A stretch of 63,722 bases of DNA, counting the filler, from Phoronis australis (Eukaryota; Animalia; Phoronida): assembly GCA_002633005.1 (NCBI GenBank). It is 8 parts of 8 records of this genome, joined end to end, with 100 filler letters (N's around TTAATTAATTAA, not from the genome) between each part and the next. Parts side by side here need not be neighbours in the genome. Positions count along the whole stretch, not along the records: positions 28,035 to 37,564 come from NMRA01001811.1; positions 37,665 to 55,449 come from NMRA01000192.1; 6 more parts are not named here. The stretch is one strand, 5' to 3'. Below the pieces are notes generated by a model that worked only from the letters and a program-made list of their open reading frames with translations, ran no database searches and was not told the origin of the DNA. A program made the position numbers and the translations under genes. Below are positions 28,035 to 39,621 of this stretch, one piece after another. Each line of letters begins with the position of its first letter. Position 1 is the stretch's first letter.

Positions 28035-28675
28035 CCAAGTTTTATGAAAATTCCTGAGGATCTTTGAAGATACAGAGTAAAACATAAAAATGAAAATTGC
28101 CACTAGGGGATACACTGGTAGTCAGATCCGCAAAAACGTCGTCCTCCATTGTCAACTTCATATAATACAATAATTGCTTAATTTAGTAAGGATCCTGTAT
28201 AGTGTTAGGAGATACCGCCATGGGTGCAGAAAAACAAAACTGCAACTAGGAGGCGGCACAGTACTCGAAGTTGTGGGAAAATCATCGTCATCCGTCCTCT
28301 TCATAGCAAAAACATATATGGCAAATTTTCATAATCATTCTTACAGTGGTTTGGTTCATAGAGGAGCGGATGCCAAAAAACAGTAAAAATTGCCACTATG
28401 TGGTGCAAAATACCTCAAATCCGTCTGAAAACAAGAGAATAGCGTCATCTCACTAATAGATGCCTAAATGCCAAATTTTATGAAAATCCGTTGAATACCT
28501 TTGAAGATAGACTGAGGTAAATGTAAAGAACTAAAATTGCCACTAGGGGGCACACCAGAAGTTGGATACATCCGAAAGTTTACTCATGCCGTCCCATTCA
28601 TGAAAGGAACACATGTTCAAAATTTCATGAACATACTTCAATGGGTTTGAGATAGAGCAGCGGAGCCCCATTATA
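28035..28675 (+). repeat. Helentron/HINE-like repeat family copy
   Basis: AAAATTGCCACTAGGGGGCACAC...TCCGAAAG...GCCGTCCCATTCATGAA units, shared with 55550-56055. Confidence 0.75.
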
Positions 28676-29269
28676 GTTCTTCGTGAAGGAAATTTTGAGA
28701 TGTCGAAAAGACAACTGGACAACTGAACAAAACGCTGCCTCAAAATTGACTGCTGATGGCACAATGCTTTCATACACTACATTGTCAAGTTTCTTGGAAA
28801 TCCATCAATTAGTTCTCTAGGTGTCATCTGGAAATGCTCTTTCCCCACAAGTAGCAGCATTGAAATGTGCCCACGGCTACACAAACAATGTGCTTGTAGG
28901 GGTGTTTTTAGTATCATAAAAATGGCCAAATAACATCTGGCACAAAATTAGTATTAAAATTACACTCATCTTTGAGTAACCTAACTTAGTTACCAGTGCT
29001 AAAAATAGTCATTCTATGTCATTCAGCGCATGAATTTAAAGAGTGATCTTATGCATGGCCTTTTAGCACCATTTTGGGCTTGGAGGGGATGACCACTCCG
29101 CACAGGGGCTTAGAATTTTGCGGAGCGTTGTAAACCATGGGTGTCCTTCACACACAACTGGTCTTTTGAAATTGACATGCAAGGTCAGTAAAAGCAATTC
29201 TTTACTACACTACTGAAGTTGACATGGATCAGCTGATATGGAATGAGATGATCGAGTGCAAGTACAGTT

Positions 29270-29540
29270 TGTTAATACACGACAACTGTATAAAATTCAA
29301 TGGATAATGATTATTCATGAAAGTAGACTTAATAAAGGGAATTTCTTTGTCTAGTATTCTAGTGTTTGAGCAAATCCATTTAACTCTACTAATTAGACCA
29401 CAAACCAGAGACCGTTTATACTTAATAGGTGTGAAGCTATACAAATTCAAATACACACTAGAGTTAGGTTTATGAAAGCAAGAATTGACAATATCATTGT
29501 TTGGGGTTCTAGTCACTAGTACGTCTAAGAAATGTAGTTT
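29270..29540 (-). pseudogene. Penelope-like retroelement RT C-terminal relic
   Basis: LHFLDVLVTR...HKPNSSVYLNLYSFTPIKYKRSLVCGLISRVKWICS...E...IKSTFMNNHYPLNFI matches the PLE pattern FLDV..YRKPT..S.HP..K..ICS..NGYP..FI. Confidence 0.85.
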
Positions 29541-29941
29541 AGTCAAGTCGGTGGTTAATAGCGAGTTACATTTCTTAGATGTACTAGAGACTAGAGCCAC
29601 AAACAGCGATATTGTCATGTCTTGGTTACATAAACCTACCTCTATTGTGTACTTGAACTGGTAAGTACAAACAGTCTCTTTGGGATGGCTTTGACCTTTG
29701 CATGTGACTGCTTTAAAAGTGAGTTTTGGTTCAGTTGATTCATTTGTTACTTGTGACCCTGTTGTGGTTTGATATACTCCGTGAGGATGATGAATTGAAC
29801 TTCATCAAAACGTTGAGACTGACGCGTATATATGTAAACACAGAATGTTAGCTGTATTTTGATGTTAAGTCTTCACACAGCTAGCTGGCTGCTGAGAGAT
29901 CAACAATTAACAAAGACTTGTTGCAGTAAAGAAACACTAAC

Positions 29942-30165
29942 CTCGAGGCGCTGGTCATAGCCATAGGCAGCAAAACGGCTAAGATCAATGATTGCCATCT
30001 TGTTGCTAGAGAACTGCAGAACCACGGCTACAGTGTCAAAATCCTTCATTTCTTTTATCTCTGGGATGTGACAGGTGGCACTGCAGTAAACTGAGGATGG
30101 GTACTCCTGCATTATCCAACAGATCATGTCTATGTCATGCACACAACAGTCGTGGAAAATCCCAC
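29942..30165 (-). CDS. Inositol 2-dehydrogenase-like (Gfo/Idh/MocA) exon
   Basis: AG/GT bounded, 224 nt. GGIFHDCCVHDIDMICW...DFDTVAVVL...DLSRFAAYGYDQRLE carries the catalytic D-x3-H-D and YGYDQRLE motifs. Confidence 0.92.
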
Positions 30166-31009
30166 CTGCAGCACAATGGAATGCAAACACTCAATCATTT
30201 CAGCAGTCTATGACCAAGGAAGCTTAACACAAGCAAAGAGATACATAATGGGAATATAAGCTGAAACCATATAACTAACTAAAGGTAGTTGAACATACTA
30301 ACAAGGCTAGGAGTCATGTGAAAAAATAGGTCTTTGTCACGGTAGTAAAAGTTGAAACCCTTTCAGTAAAGTAATAGTTCAGTACACTAATAAAACATGG
30401 AATCAAGCCGAAAAGATGTGTGCTGGAAACACTGTAGTTTGGCATCGCAAACAGCAGATACAAGAGATGGCAATTATTTTAAACATTCCCATTACAAGGA
30501 GCAATACTATTAAACTGCACACTAGGGGGAGCAAAGCAGGTTGCGCAAAATTGACATAGCCCAATAGATATGGAAGATACCAAAGTGGATGTGAAAACAC
30601 TTTAAAACGCACAGCACTAGAGGCAAATGTTGGAAACGTATGGGGTGCCGTCTTATCTGTAGTAGAAACAGGAGTACTGGTTTAGAAGAGAGAGCTCAGT
30701 GGGCACCAAAAAATGAAATTGTCACTTGAGTGGATAGCTGTGTACACATTTTCAAAGCATCGATGGTACCAGTAAAAAATACAATCTAAGTTCTTCATAG
30801 ACTAAAGACGTTGCTCAAGAAAAATAAATTGCGACAAGGAGGTACACTTTGCAGTTTAACAAGAGCCATTCAATCCTTGACATGGACAGGCACAAAAACA
30901 AAATTGTCCCATAGCTACTAGGCGATGCCATAGCAGTCAGAACTGTCCATTTACTTTACAAGCCAACACTAGCGTGTAATATCTTCAACTCAAGAAATTC
31001 CTTGAAATC

Positions 31010-31722
31010 CTCCTTACGTTTTCCTAATAGCGTCCCTAAGATTTTTAAGCGCCCGTGGAGTCGGGATTAACGGCAGGTTTAAGTACAAATCTGTGCTACA
31101 TCGTGCCATCTATGATCGGCAACACGAGAAAAATCTCTGGACTAACACACATGTTGTTGTCACGTGACATTTGTTTTGAACTTCGTCTGCGTTTGTGAGT
31201 AAGCCAGCGCATGCATGTCACCAGAGTTCATTTGCCAGAGCAGAGACCGTCTTTGGCCACAGTAAACGCAATCTAACGAGCTAGATGTGCATTGTATCTA
31301 AAGAAATTAGCACTTGCCGGTCTTATGCTAAAAACGTTCGACATTTGTCTCGGTGAGGCCGTTCACAAGTACACTACATCTGTTCTGAAAGGCCAGACCA
31401 TAGAGGGACACATTCCACGCAAGATCAGCAAAACTTTTGTGTTCGTTTTGGGACTCGGCGGCCGGAAGTTGGAAGTGTATAGTCACGGCTAAATACCAAC
31501 TTAGCAGCGAGGCTCGTGGTCAACAAATTTTGCGCACAATGATTTTTTCAGGACAGTCGGATATTATTGATAAATTGAAGATGTTACTGTAGAATTTTAG
31601 GACTGTAGGTAAGGCATTTTTCGCAAGTACACGTTCATGGACTGGGCGCTTATTTTAGCAAAGTCTGAAAACGCGTGGGGGACGCTTATAGCGGCATGGG
31701 CGGTTATTAGGGCGAATACGGT
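31010..31722. mobile_element. TACGGTA-ended pogo/Tc1-like element with HIRAN-like ORF relic
   Basis: Right end GGGCGGTTATTAGGGCGAATACGGTA, decayed left end TTTTCCTAATAGCGTCCC. Internal translation KYTTSVLKGQTIEGHIPRKISKTFVFVLGLGG. Confidence 0.55.
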
Positions 31723-31801
31723 ATATATTATCCTTTGAGCACTGGGTGGGTTAAGAGGCCCACAACAGAAACAGATACAAAAATAATAAAAATGGACACT
31801 A

Positions 31802-34516
31802 TAGTCCGTGAGCCAAATGCTGTTTTTTTTCTTAAGCTGGATTTGCCGGATAAAGTTTTTTTCTTTGCTATTTCATGTAGCCTAAGCAAAGTCAATCATG
31901 ATTTAGGGGGGGTGACCATTCGCAACCCTGGAGCATTTTTTAAAATATGCAAATTTAGGCCATCATTATGCAAAATTCTATTTTTGTTTAAAATTTCCTA
32001 ACCAAGCCCTGCAGCCATATAATTTTGACATTTGAACCCATGATTTCATGGTCAACAATTTAATAGTGCAGGTTTTTTGGTGAATACATTGTCAATTTGC
32101 ATAATTTATGCAAATTAAGGCCATCAAGCAAAATTCTATTTTTGCTCATCATTTCCAAGCTCTGCAGGCAGGTTATTTTGATGCTTTCACCCATATTTCC
32201 ATGGTCAACGAATTTGAAAGTTTTTGGGTGGATACATTGTCAATTTGCATAATTTATGCAAATTAAGGCTGCCATTATTCAAATTTTTACTTGTTCTAAT
32301 AGCTATGGTACCAATCATCACAAGTGAATTATCATGATATTTGCACCTATGTTTGTATGGACAAATAGTTTAATGAAATCAGTTTGCATGTTGTTGCATG
32401 ATAAATTTGCATAATTAATTCAAATAAAGGCCACCATTATTCAAAATTAAATTTTGCTTACAACACCCTTACCAATTAAGCACTTCAGACTTGTTGCTTT
32501 AATGTTTTCACCTATGCTTCCATGGTCAATGAATTTAATGGACCTCGTTTGCTAGTGGATACGTCGTGAATTTGCATAATATATGCAAATTAAGGCCGCC
32601 ATTATTCAAAATTCTTCTTCTGCTTATAGCTGAAGTACCAGGCACCCTAAGTAAACTATTTGAACGTCTTTACCCAAGGCATGCTTCTGTGAAATCAGTT
32701 TGCAAGTTGTTGCTTGATGAATTTTCATAATTTATACAAATAAAGGACACCAGTATTCCAAATACTGTTTCTGCTCGTAATTTCCTTANNNNNNNNNNNN
32801 NNNNNNNNNNNNNNNNNNNNNNNNNNNNNNNNNNNNNNNNNNNNNNNNNNNNNNNNNNNNNNNNNNNNNNNNNNNNNNNNNNNNNNNNNNNNNNNNNNNN
32901 NNNNNNNNNNNNNNNNNNNNNNNNNNAAAAAAAAAAAAAAAAAAAAAAAAGTCAATTATCATGATATTTGCACCTATGTTTGTATGGACAAATAGTTTAA
33001 TAAAATCAGTTTGCATGTTGTTGCATGATAAATTTGCATAATTAATGCAAATAAAGGCCACCATTATTCAAAATTAAATTTTGCTTACAACACCCTTACC
33101 AATTAAGCACTTCAGACTCGTTACTTTAATGTTTTCACCTATGCTTCCATGGTCAATGAATTTAATGGACCTCGTTTGCTGATGGATACATCGTGAATTT
33201 GCATAATATATGCAAATTAAGGCCGCCATTATTCAAAATTCTTCTTCTGCTTATAGCTGAAGTACCAGGCACCCTAAGTAAACTATTTGAACGTCTTTAC
33301 CCAAGGCATGTTTCTGTGAAATCAGTTTGCAAGTTGTTGCTTGATGAATTTTCATAATTTATACAAATAAAGGACACCAGTATTCCAAATACTGTTTCTG
33401 CTCGTAATTTCCTTATGGGCATTACATGTACATTATTTTTGAATTTGACTTGTGTGCTTATAACTGCTGCATCATACACCAGGTTAGTTATAAATATTTG
33501 AACCCATGTTCCAGTGGTCAATGAATTTAATGAAATCTGCTTGCAAGTTGTAGCATAATAAATTTGCAGAATCTCCTTATTGATGATGAAGTAAAACAAT
33601 ATTTTGTGTAGTGTGTGTTCTGCAGTTTGAGACCTTAAATTCCAAAAAAGATATTGCCTATTGCCCTGTGCTCTCACAGACCATAGAAAAAAGCACAGAT
33701 TAGTTTAATGACTTGGATGAATGCTGGAATGGGGCTCGGAGCGATCAGTTTAAAGGGACCACATTCATGAGGTAAGAATACAGTAGTGAGGGAATAGTAG
33801 GGAATTGCCCTCAAAGAAGAGGCTCTTAAGCTTTTGAGCACAAGTTGCCATTTGTCCTACAAGACTGAAACAGATCTTGGAGAAATGGAGAGCTGTAACA
33901 TTAGATCTCGTTCTAAAACTTATCACACGGAAGAAAGTAAGGCACGTCTTGATGCACATACCCAGGATATTGCAAGAATCTGTCAAAAGTAGATACCAAC
34001 ATCGAGCTATTGGATCCAAATGTCCATCCCAAAGACGTAGTGGTGAATATTAGCAGTGACAGGATTACTACTCCAACAGTTAAATGTACATGAAACCATA
34101 AGCATTGGACAGGCAATGTTATCAGACTTCGAGAAAGGCAAGCAGTATGTAAGGAACACAAGTAGGTAATCACTGATGAAGATCCCTGTCCCTTAATATA
34201 ATACAAGGACATTGGAGACATCCCAGCTTATTATATTAGTATGCAAATTCACAATGTATTTACAAAATAACTTGCACTCTTAATTTCGTTGACCACGTGA
34301 ACACGGGTAAAAACGTCAAAATTATCTGGCTGCAGTGCTTAGTAAGGAAATTATAAGCAAAATTGCAATTTTGCATAATGGCGACCTTAATTTGCATATT
34401 CAAAAAATGTTCAAGGGTTGCGAAAGGTCACCCCCTAAATCATGGTGTCTTAACCGTAGGCTACATGAAACAGCAAAGAAAAAACATTATCTGGCAAATC
34501 CCTGGCTCCCGGACTA
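31802..34516. mobile_element. Academ-type DNA transposon (deletion derivative) in an intron of the dehydrogenase gene
   Basis: Termini TAGTCCGTGAGCCA / TGGCTCCCGGACTA with imperfect inverted similarity over about 150 bp. 3-bp TSD CTA (31799-31801 and 34517-34519). Many ATTTGCATAATT(T/A)ATGCAAAT palindromes. Transposase-like relic at about 33920-34115. Confidence 0.8.
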
Positions 34517-34986
34517 CTAAGGGTGTGCAGATTACGTAGAATTGTCATGAAAATGGGACGGTGTTGTCTCCATAAAGCGTATTTGCCAAATTCCATGAAA
34601 ATCAGTCAAAGAACTTGGGAAATATTCAGGACAACAAAAAAAAAATTATGGTTACTATGGGGCACAATGATGGTCAAATCCATCCTAATATTCTGTTAAT
34701 TCACTCCATCTTTGAAAGGAACATGTCAGAAAAATTTCACGAATGTCCATCAAAGAATTTCCGAAATACAAGGATGATAGCATATTATATTTATGTGAGC
34801 AGATAAAAATGTAAGCAAAACTCTAGGAGAGATCAATTTGTAAGAACACCCGACACGTGATTTGGCTTTCATGACATTCAGTGACCCAATAAATTATCTG
34901 TTGAGAATTAAAAAATAAGTGCAATAATGAGGCAATCTGTAAATACACTCTATATTCATTCAATTGTGCACTGCGTGAAGACATAC

Positions 34987-35117
34987 CAGAGACCCTCAAG
35001 TAACTCAGTGGTGGTAGAGGTGCATCTCGGCTACACGTCTTGATCATATGTATGTCACCAACGGCATTTTTCTTGTGCACACGATCATGGATGCTTCGAA
35101 TGGACGGATCATATCGT
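34987..35117 (-). CDS. Inositol 2-dehydrogenase-like exon
   Basis: AG/GT bounded, 131 nt, phases match neighbours. RYDPSIRSIHDRVHKKNAVGDIHMIKTCSRDAPLPPLSYLRVS. Confidence 0.92.
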
Positions 35118-36668
35118 CTGCACAACACAAGACAAACTTAAGATTTTCCATTCAATTTACAAACACATTGATACTGATATAATCCCTGCTTCTCTAACAA
35201 AACTAACTTCTCATCAGTCTTTACCACTAAGCTTTATGCAAGGCATTTGTTTGACCTGATTAAAAGTGCATGAAATATAACTGAAGACAAATGCCGTTTT
35301 GTTATATTTTAAACACTATCATTCAGTTTGCAGCGTTGATGATGACTTCTAACACCTTTCAATTAATTTAATATTCTCTTGACCTGATGGGTCATTTTAT
35401 GTGCATAGTGAAGTTGTCTGTTCTTACCAAGCCCGAAAAAATATCCGTGATCTGAATATGGAACAAGCTGAGACTAGTTTTGAAAAGGAAAGTTCATATA
35501 GTGGCTTTATGCATGTAACCTAGTCAAATGCCTAACTTTGACTAACTTCAGAACATATCTCAGAAATGGCAGATCCGATTCAAATTAAACTTTCAGATAA
35601 TGAGTACTTCATTCATTATTCTCCCAATAATATTAAGAATGCATTTAAAGAGGGGTTACAGAAATGGGGAGTTTTAGGATATTCATGAAAAAAATCAAAA
35701 GTTGCATCAAACAAAAGGATAATTTAGAAAACCTTTAACGTATTTTTGAGATTTCAGTTTGGAAATTTATAATAGATAAAACTTCAATATTGACACTGTG
35801 GTTTTGCTAAGAAGGTATTTTTAATTTCTGTTTTTGCTAAATTTTAATAAAAAGGCATGGTAATGTTACCCAATTAATTACACTGATTGGTACGTAGTCA
35901 AAAATCAAATTCTACAGTCCTTCTGCTTTCACAAAATATACACTTTTAAAGACTTTTAACAGTCTATGCACACATTTGGCACTAAGTGCCCACATAACTT
36001 TAAAGCTGCCCTAACCACATTAAAAGCATATCCCTTTTTTCACAGGCCCACTTGTTCTCCCAAAGTAATGCCAACGCTCTCTTATTCTTGTTTGAAAGGA
36101 AATAAGTTACAACAAAAACGACTGGAATTCTCCCATCAGCCTGCAGAAAATGTCAACAACAATGGCCACAAAGATGATCTGGGATTCCAAATGTGGAAGT
36201 GTGGCTCTTCTGAAGATCAATTAGGTGAAGTAAATTACTGGTGGGCACTAGCTTGAGCAGTTTGTGATTAAATTCTCAAAAGTTGAAGGTGGGGGTTTAA
36301 TACGAAAATTTTCAAAAGTAAAATTTGGGTGTTAACGTAACCATGGACGACAACCCGAATGTTAACGGTAACTTGGCAAGCAAATTAAAGAGCTTTGTCC
36401 GAAACAATAACGAGCCATAAGAAAATCATTTTTAACTTGAGTGAAAAACAAGATGAGAGAGATTATGAGGCCCAAATTAAAAGTAGGTTATTCACAGAAA
36501 GTGCAGCTATCTATCCCAACTATGGGATTTTGATGGACATAACCACAGTGATAAGGCTTATTTTTTCACAGTCAAATCAAATACACTATATGACTAGAAA
36601 TCAAGACCGTAATTCGTCATACAGATTTTTGTTGTGAATTCAAAGATTGTACTACGTGAAACTCTCAC

Positions 36669-36777
36669 CTGTTAAAAGAGCAAAACAAGGGGTTCCCCGT
36701 CTGCTTGGACAAATCGTAAAGGTTGGCTACAGCTTCAGGCTTCTCTGCGATTGGCTTCTCGCAAAACACGGCTTTGT
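36669..36777 (-). CDS. Inositol 2-dehydrogenase-like exon
   Basis: AG/GT bounded, 109 nt. KAVFCEKPIAEKPEAVANLYDLSKQTGNPLFCSFNR carries the CEKP and FNRR motifs. Confidence 0.92.
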
Positions 36778-37859
36778 CTGAAACAAGGAAAGAACTGGAT
36801 GCACAAATGATCAGAACGACGGTTTACAAACACCGCCAAAAATCAATAAATTCATAAATCTACTTTAAAAAACGTGGTTTGTAGCACCCCTTTTTAATTT
36901 TGTTACTTTCTTTGTATGCAGCCCATCAAAATTCTCAGGAGACATCAAAGCGGCAATATGTTTATTCAGTATGTACTAAATTAGTTGTCATTAAACAAGG
37001 AAAAATACAATCTTATGGTAATGGTTTACTACCGACGACAAACAAACAAAGCTGAATGTTGCTACATTGTCAAAAAAGTAGCAAAACTAAGTTAGATTTG
37101 TTGTTTTTTCAAAAAGGAGCATACGCAGAAGAGATTCATGCTTCTTTAAGAGTAGACCTGAATAAAGTAAATATGTTTAAAGCACACAGATAAATCCAAC
37201 AGCCAGATATTGAAAGCGGTAAATACTTAAGTGTCATTATGTACAAAAATGTAGAAATCGTTTATAATTTCCAGAATTTTGGAGAAAAATGCGAGAAGAT
37301 TTAGAAGCATTTAACTGCAGCTGTTAACAACAGATTGGCCAAGCTAAGTTTGTAAAGCAGTCATCAGACAAATCTGTCATAGTGGCATGAAGAGTAGATA
37401 TGCCAAATGGGAAATTTGGGGTTTATGTTAAGGCTATTGGTAAGTCTATGTTAACACCTTATAACTGCTGCTGTCTCAAAAAATAAGAAAGATGAAGCTG
37501 TGTCACACTGAATTCTGTGAATATTCAAATAGAGACAAGCCAACAAGTCTATTGAATTGAGCTTNNNNNNNNNNNNNNNNNNNNNNNNNNNNNNNNNNNN
37601 NNNNNNNNTTAATTAATTAANNNNNNNNNNNNNNNNNNNNNNNNNNNNNNNNNNNNNNNNNNNNTCAATTATCCTCGCTCGTGACTCGATGAATAGAGCA
37701 GCTTGGCGGCATCCCTTTGAGCATGAGCCGAGCGCGTCTCAGCCAAGGTGGATAAATACGGTCTAGTTCAATTTTCCATACCCCGCCGTTTACCTTAAAC
37801 ACCGGGGTTAGAACCAATTTTATTTAGTGGGAATGTTCATAGCATGCTTATGACTACTG

Positions 37860-38430
37860 TAGCGCCTCCTAATGACAGTTTTGTTTTTTGTGCTCAATGG
37901 ACAACGACCACTTTCGGACGGATCTGACTACCGGTGTGCCCCCTAGTGGCAATTTTAGTTTTTACCTTTACCTCTGTACCTTCAAAGGTCCTCAACGAAC
38001 AAATTTGGACTATAAAAATCCATGACACAGTTTTCGGATGGAACTGTGGTATTTTGTACCACCTAGTGGCCATTTTTGCTGTTTTCAAGAGTTTTTTGGC
38101 ATCCACCTCTCTGTCGACCAAACCATTCTAAGGATGATTTTGATAATTTCCGGGTATCAGTGTGAAGAGGATGGATGATGATGACTTCGACTACTGTGTC
38201 GATTTCTAGTGGTAGTTTTGTTTTGTTTTGCACCCATAGCTGTATGTCCTAAGCCCGGCGCTGGATCTTTGTTAAATTTAATATGCGTATTTATATGAAA
38301 CAAGCAACAGACGATGATTTTCAGCTGGATCCAACTAATGCTGTACCCCCTAGTCTCAATGTCCTTTTTTCCGTTTTCCTTAATGTTGTTTCTCCGAAGT
38401 TCCTTGACAGATTTTTATGAAATTTTGTAA
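37860..38430 (-). repeat. Helentron/HINE-like repeat family copy (reverse orientation)
   Basis: GTGCCCCCTAGTGGCAATTTT at 37936 and related units. Confidence 0.7.
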
Positions 38431-38525
38431 ATAGCTTTCTATTAAAGAAGCGATGGCACGCTCCTGTTTTCAGATGGATTGGGTGTTCTTAAAAGCGTGC
38501 ATGTGATATTCTTTTTTTATTTCAG

Positions 38526-39621
38526 CGGGATGTCCTCACCTTCTTGTCAAACACCAATTTCAAATGATTGTTTACTTGACCACAGTTACTCTGCTCGTTT
38601 GCCTGCCGCGGATAAACTAAAACTGGCAGAGAAGTACATAGAGGAACTAGAAGAGCAAAACAAACTTCTATCCATGGGAAAGTTCTCTGCTAGGCGATTT
38701 GCCTACAGTGATGAGATTGTTCAGTTCTACACTGGCTTCCCAAGTTATACGCATTTGGAGACCACTTATCGGAATTTACGGCCAACTGCTCTCATCATTA
38801 ACAGGTGGGTGGAAGCTGCTCAAGGTTTAGCTTCTGCTGCTGGAAACAGTCAACTGTTTCAGTGTGAACAACTGAGCATTTTCGACCAATTTTTCATGTT
38901 CTTATGCTATGTGCGACAGGGACTGCCAGAGATTGATTTGTCCATAAAATTTGCTACAACCGACTCCGTCGTTTACCAGAGCGTGGCGACGTGGGCGAAC
39001 TACTTGTATTTTGTACTCAACTCTATATCTATTTGGATGGAAAAGACTCAGGTCGCTGAAATGATGCCCCGGTGTTTTACTGAGACTTTTCCTGGAACTC
39101 GCATAGTGCTTCATTATACTGAGGTGAGGGGACAAACAGATTCCACCTCGGTTGTAAATTCGTGGATGTATGCCGACAGCGCAAGCAGTAAAACTTTTAA
39201 AGGGCTGATTGGCTTTGCCCCTCATGGTACCATCACATTTGTTAGTGAGCTTTTCGCTGGCTCAGTGTTGGAACCTGATATTGTGGCTCACTCAGGACTA
39301 CTCACTTTGTTGGAGCCCATGGACTCAGTAATGGTGGACAAAGAATTGAAAATGGGTAGGAAGTTGGCGTCTATGGGATGTCATCTGATAATGCCGCCAT
39401 TTCTAACTAACTCAGGGAGGGAATACTCAGAAGAGAATAGTCAGTTGACTCAACGTATTACACGGATGTGTATCCATGTTGATCGAGTGATACATAGAGT
39501 GAAAATGTATCTTTTGTTTGAGAAACCACTCCCTCGCCATGTTCTTAGCTATGTTAATCAGCTATGGACTGTATGTGTCTTGCTCACTAATTTCCACGGA
39601 CCACTGATCGAAGACTTATGA
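38526..39621 (+). CDS. PIF/Harbinger(ISL2EU)-type transposase-derived protein (HTH_Tnp_4 and DDE_Tnp_4 like), terminal coding exon, catalytic motifs degenerate
   Basis: Uninterrupted ORF after a TTTTTTTATTTCAG acceptor, first ATG at 38530. Motifs FYTGFPSY, DQFFMFL..VRQGL...DLS..F, TWANYLY, MP..F...FP, FKGLIGFAPHGTITFVSELF.GS, PPFL, NQLWTVC..LTNF.GPLI. Confidence 0.88.

Noticed and set aside
32328-33414. Near-identical direct repeat of about 460 bp on each side of an N gap
   Set aside because: Most likely an unmerged contig overlap or allelic duplication at the gap, not a real LTR-like structure.
38479-38525. N-terminal extension of the 380-aa ORF (MGVLKSVHVIFFFYF)
   Set aside because: Starts at TTG and is the polypyrimidine tract and acceptor of an intron.
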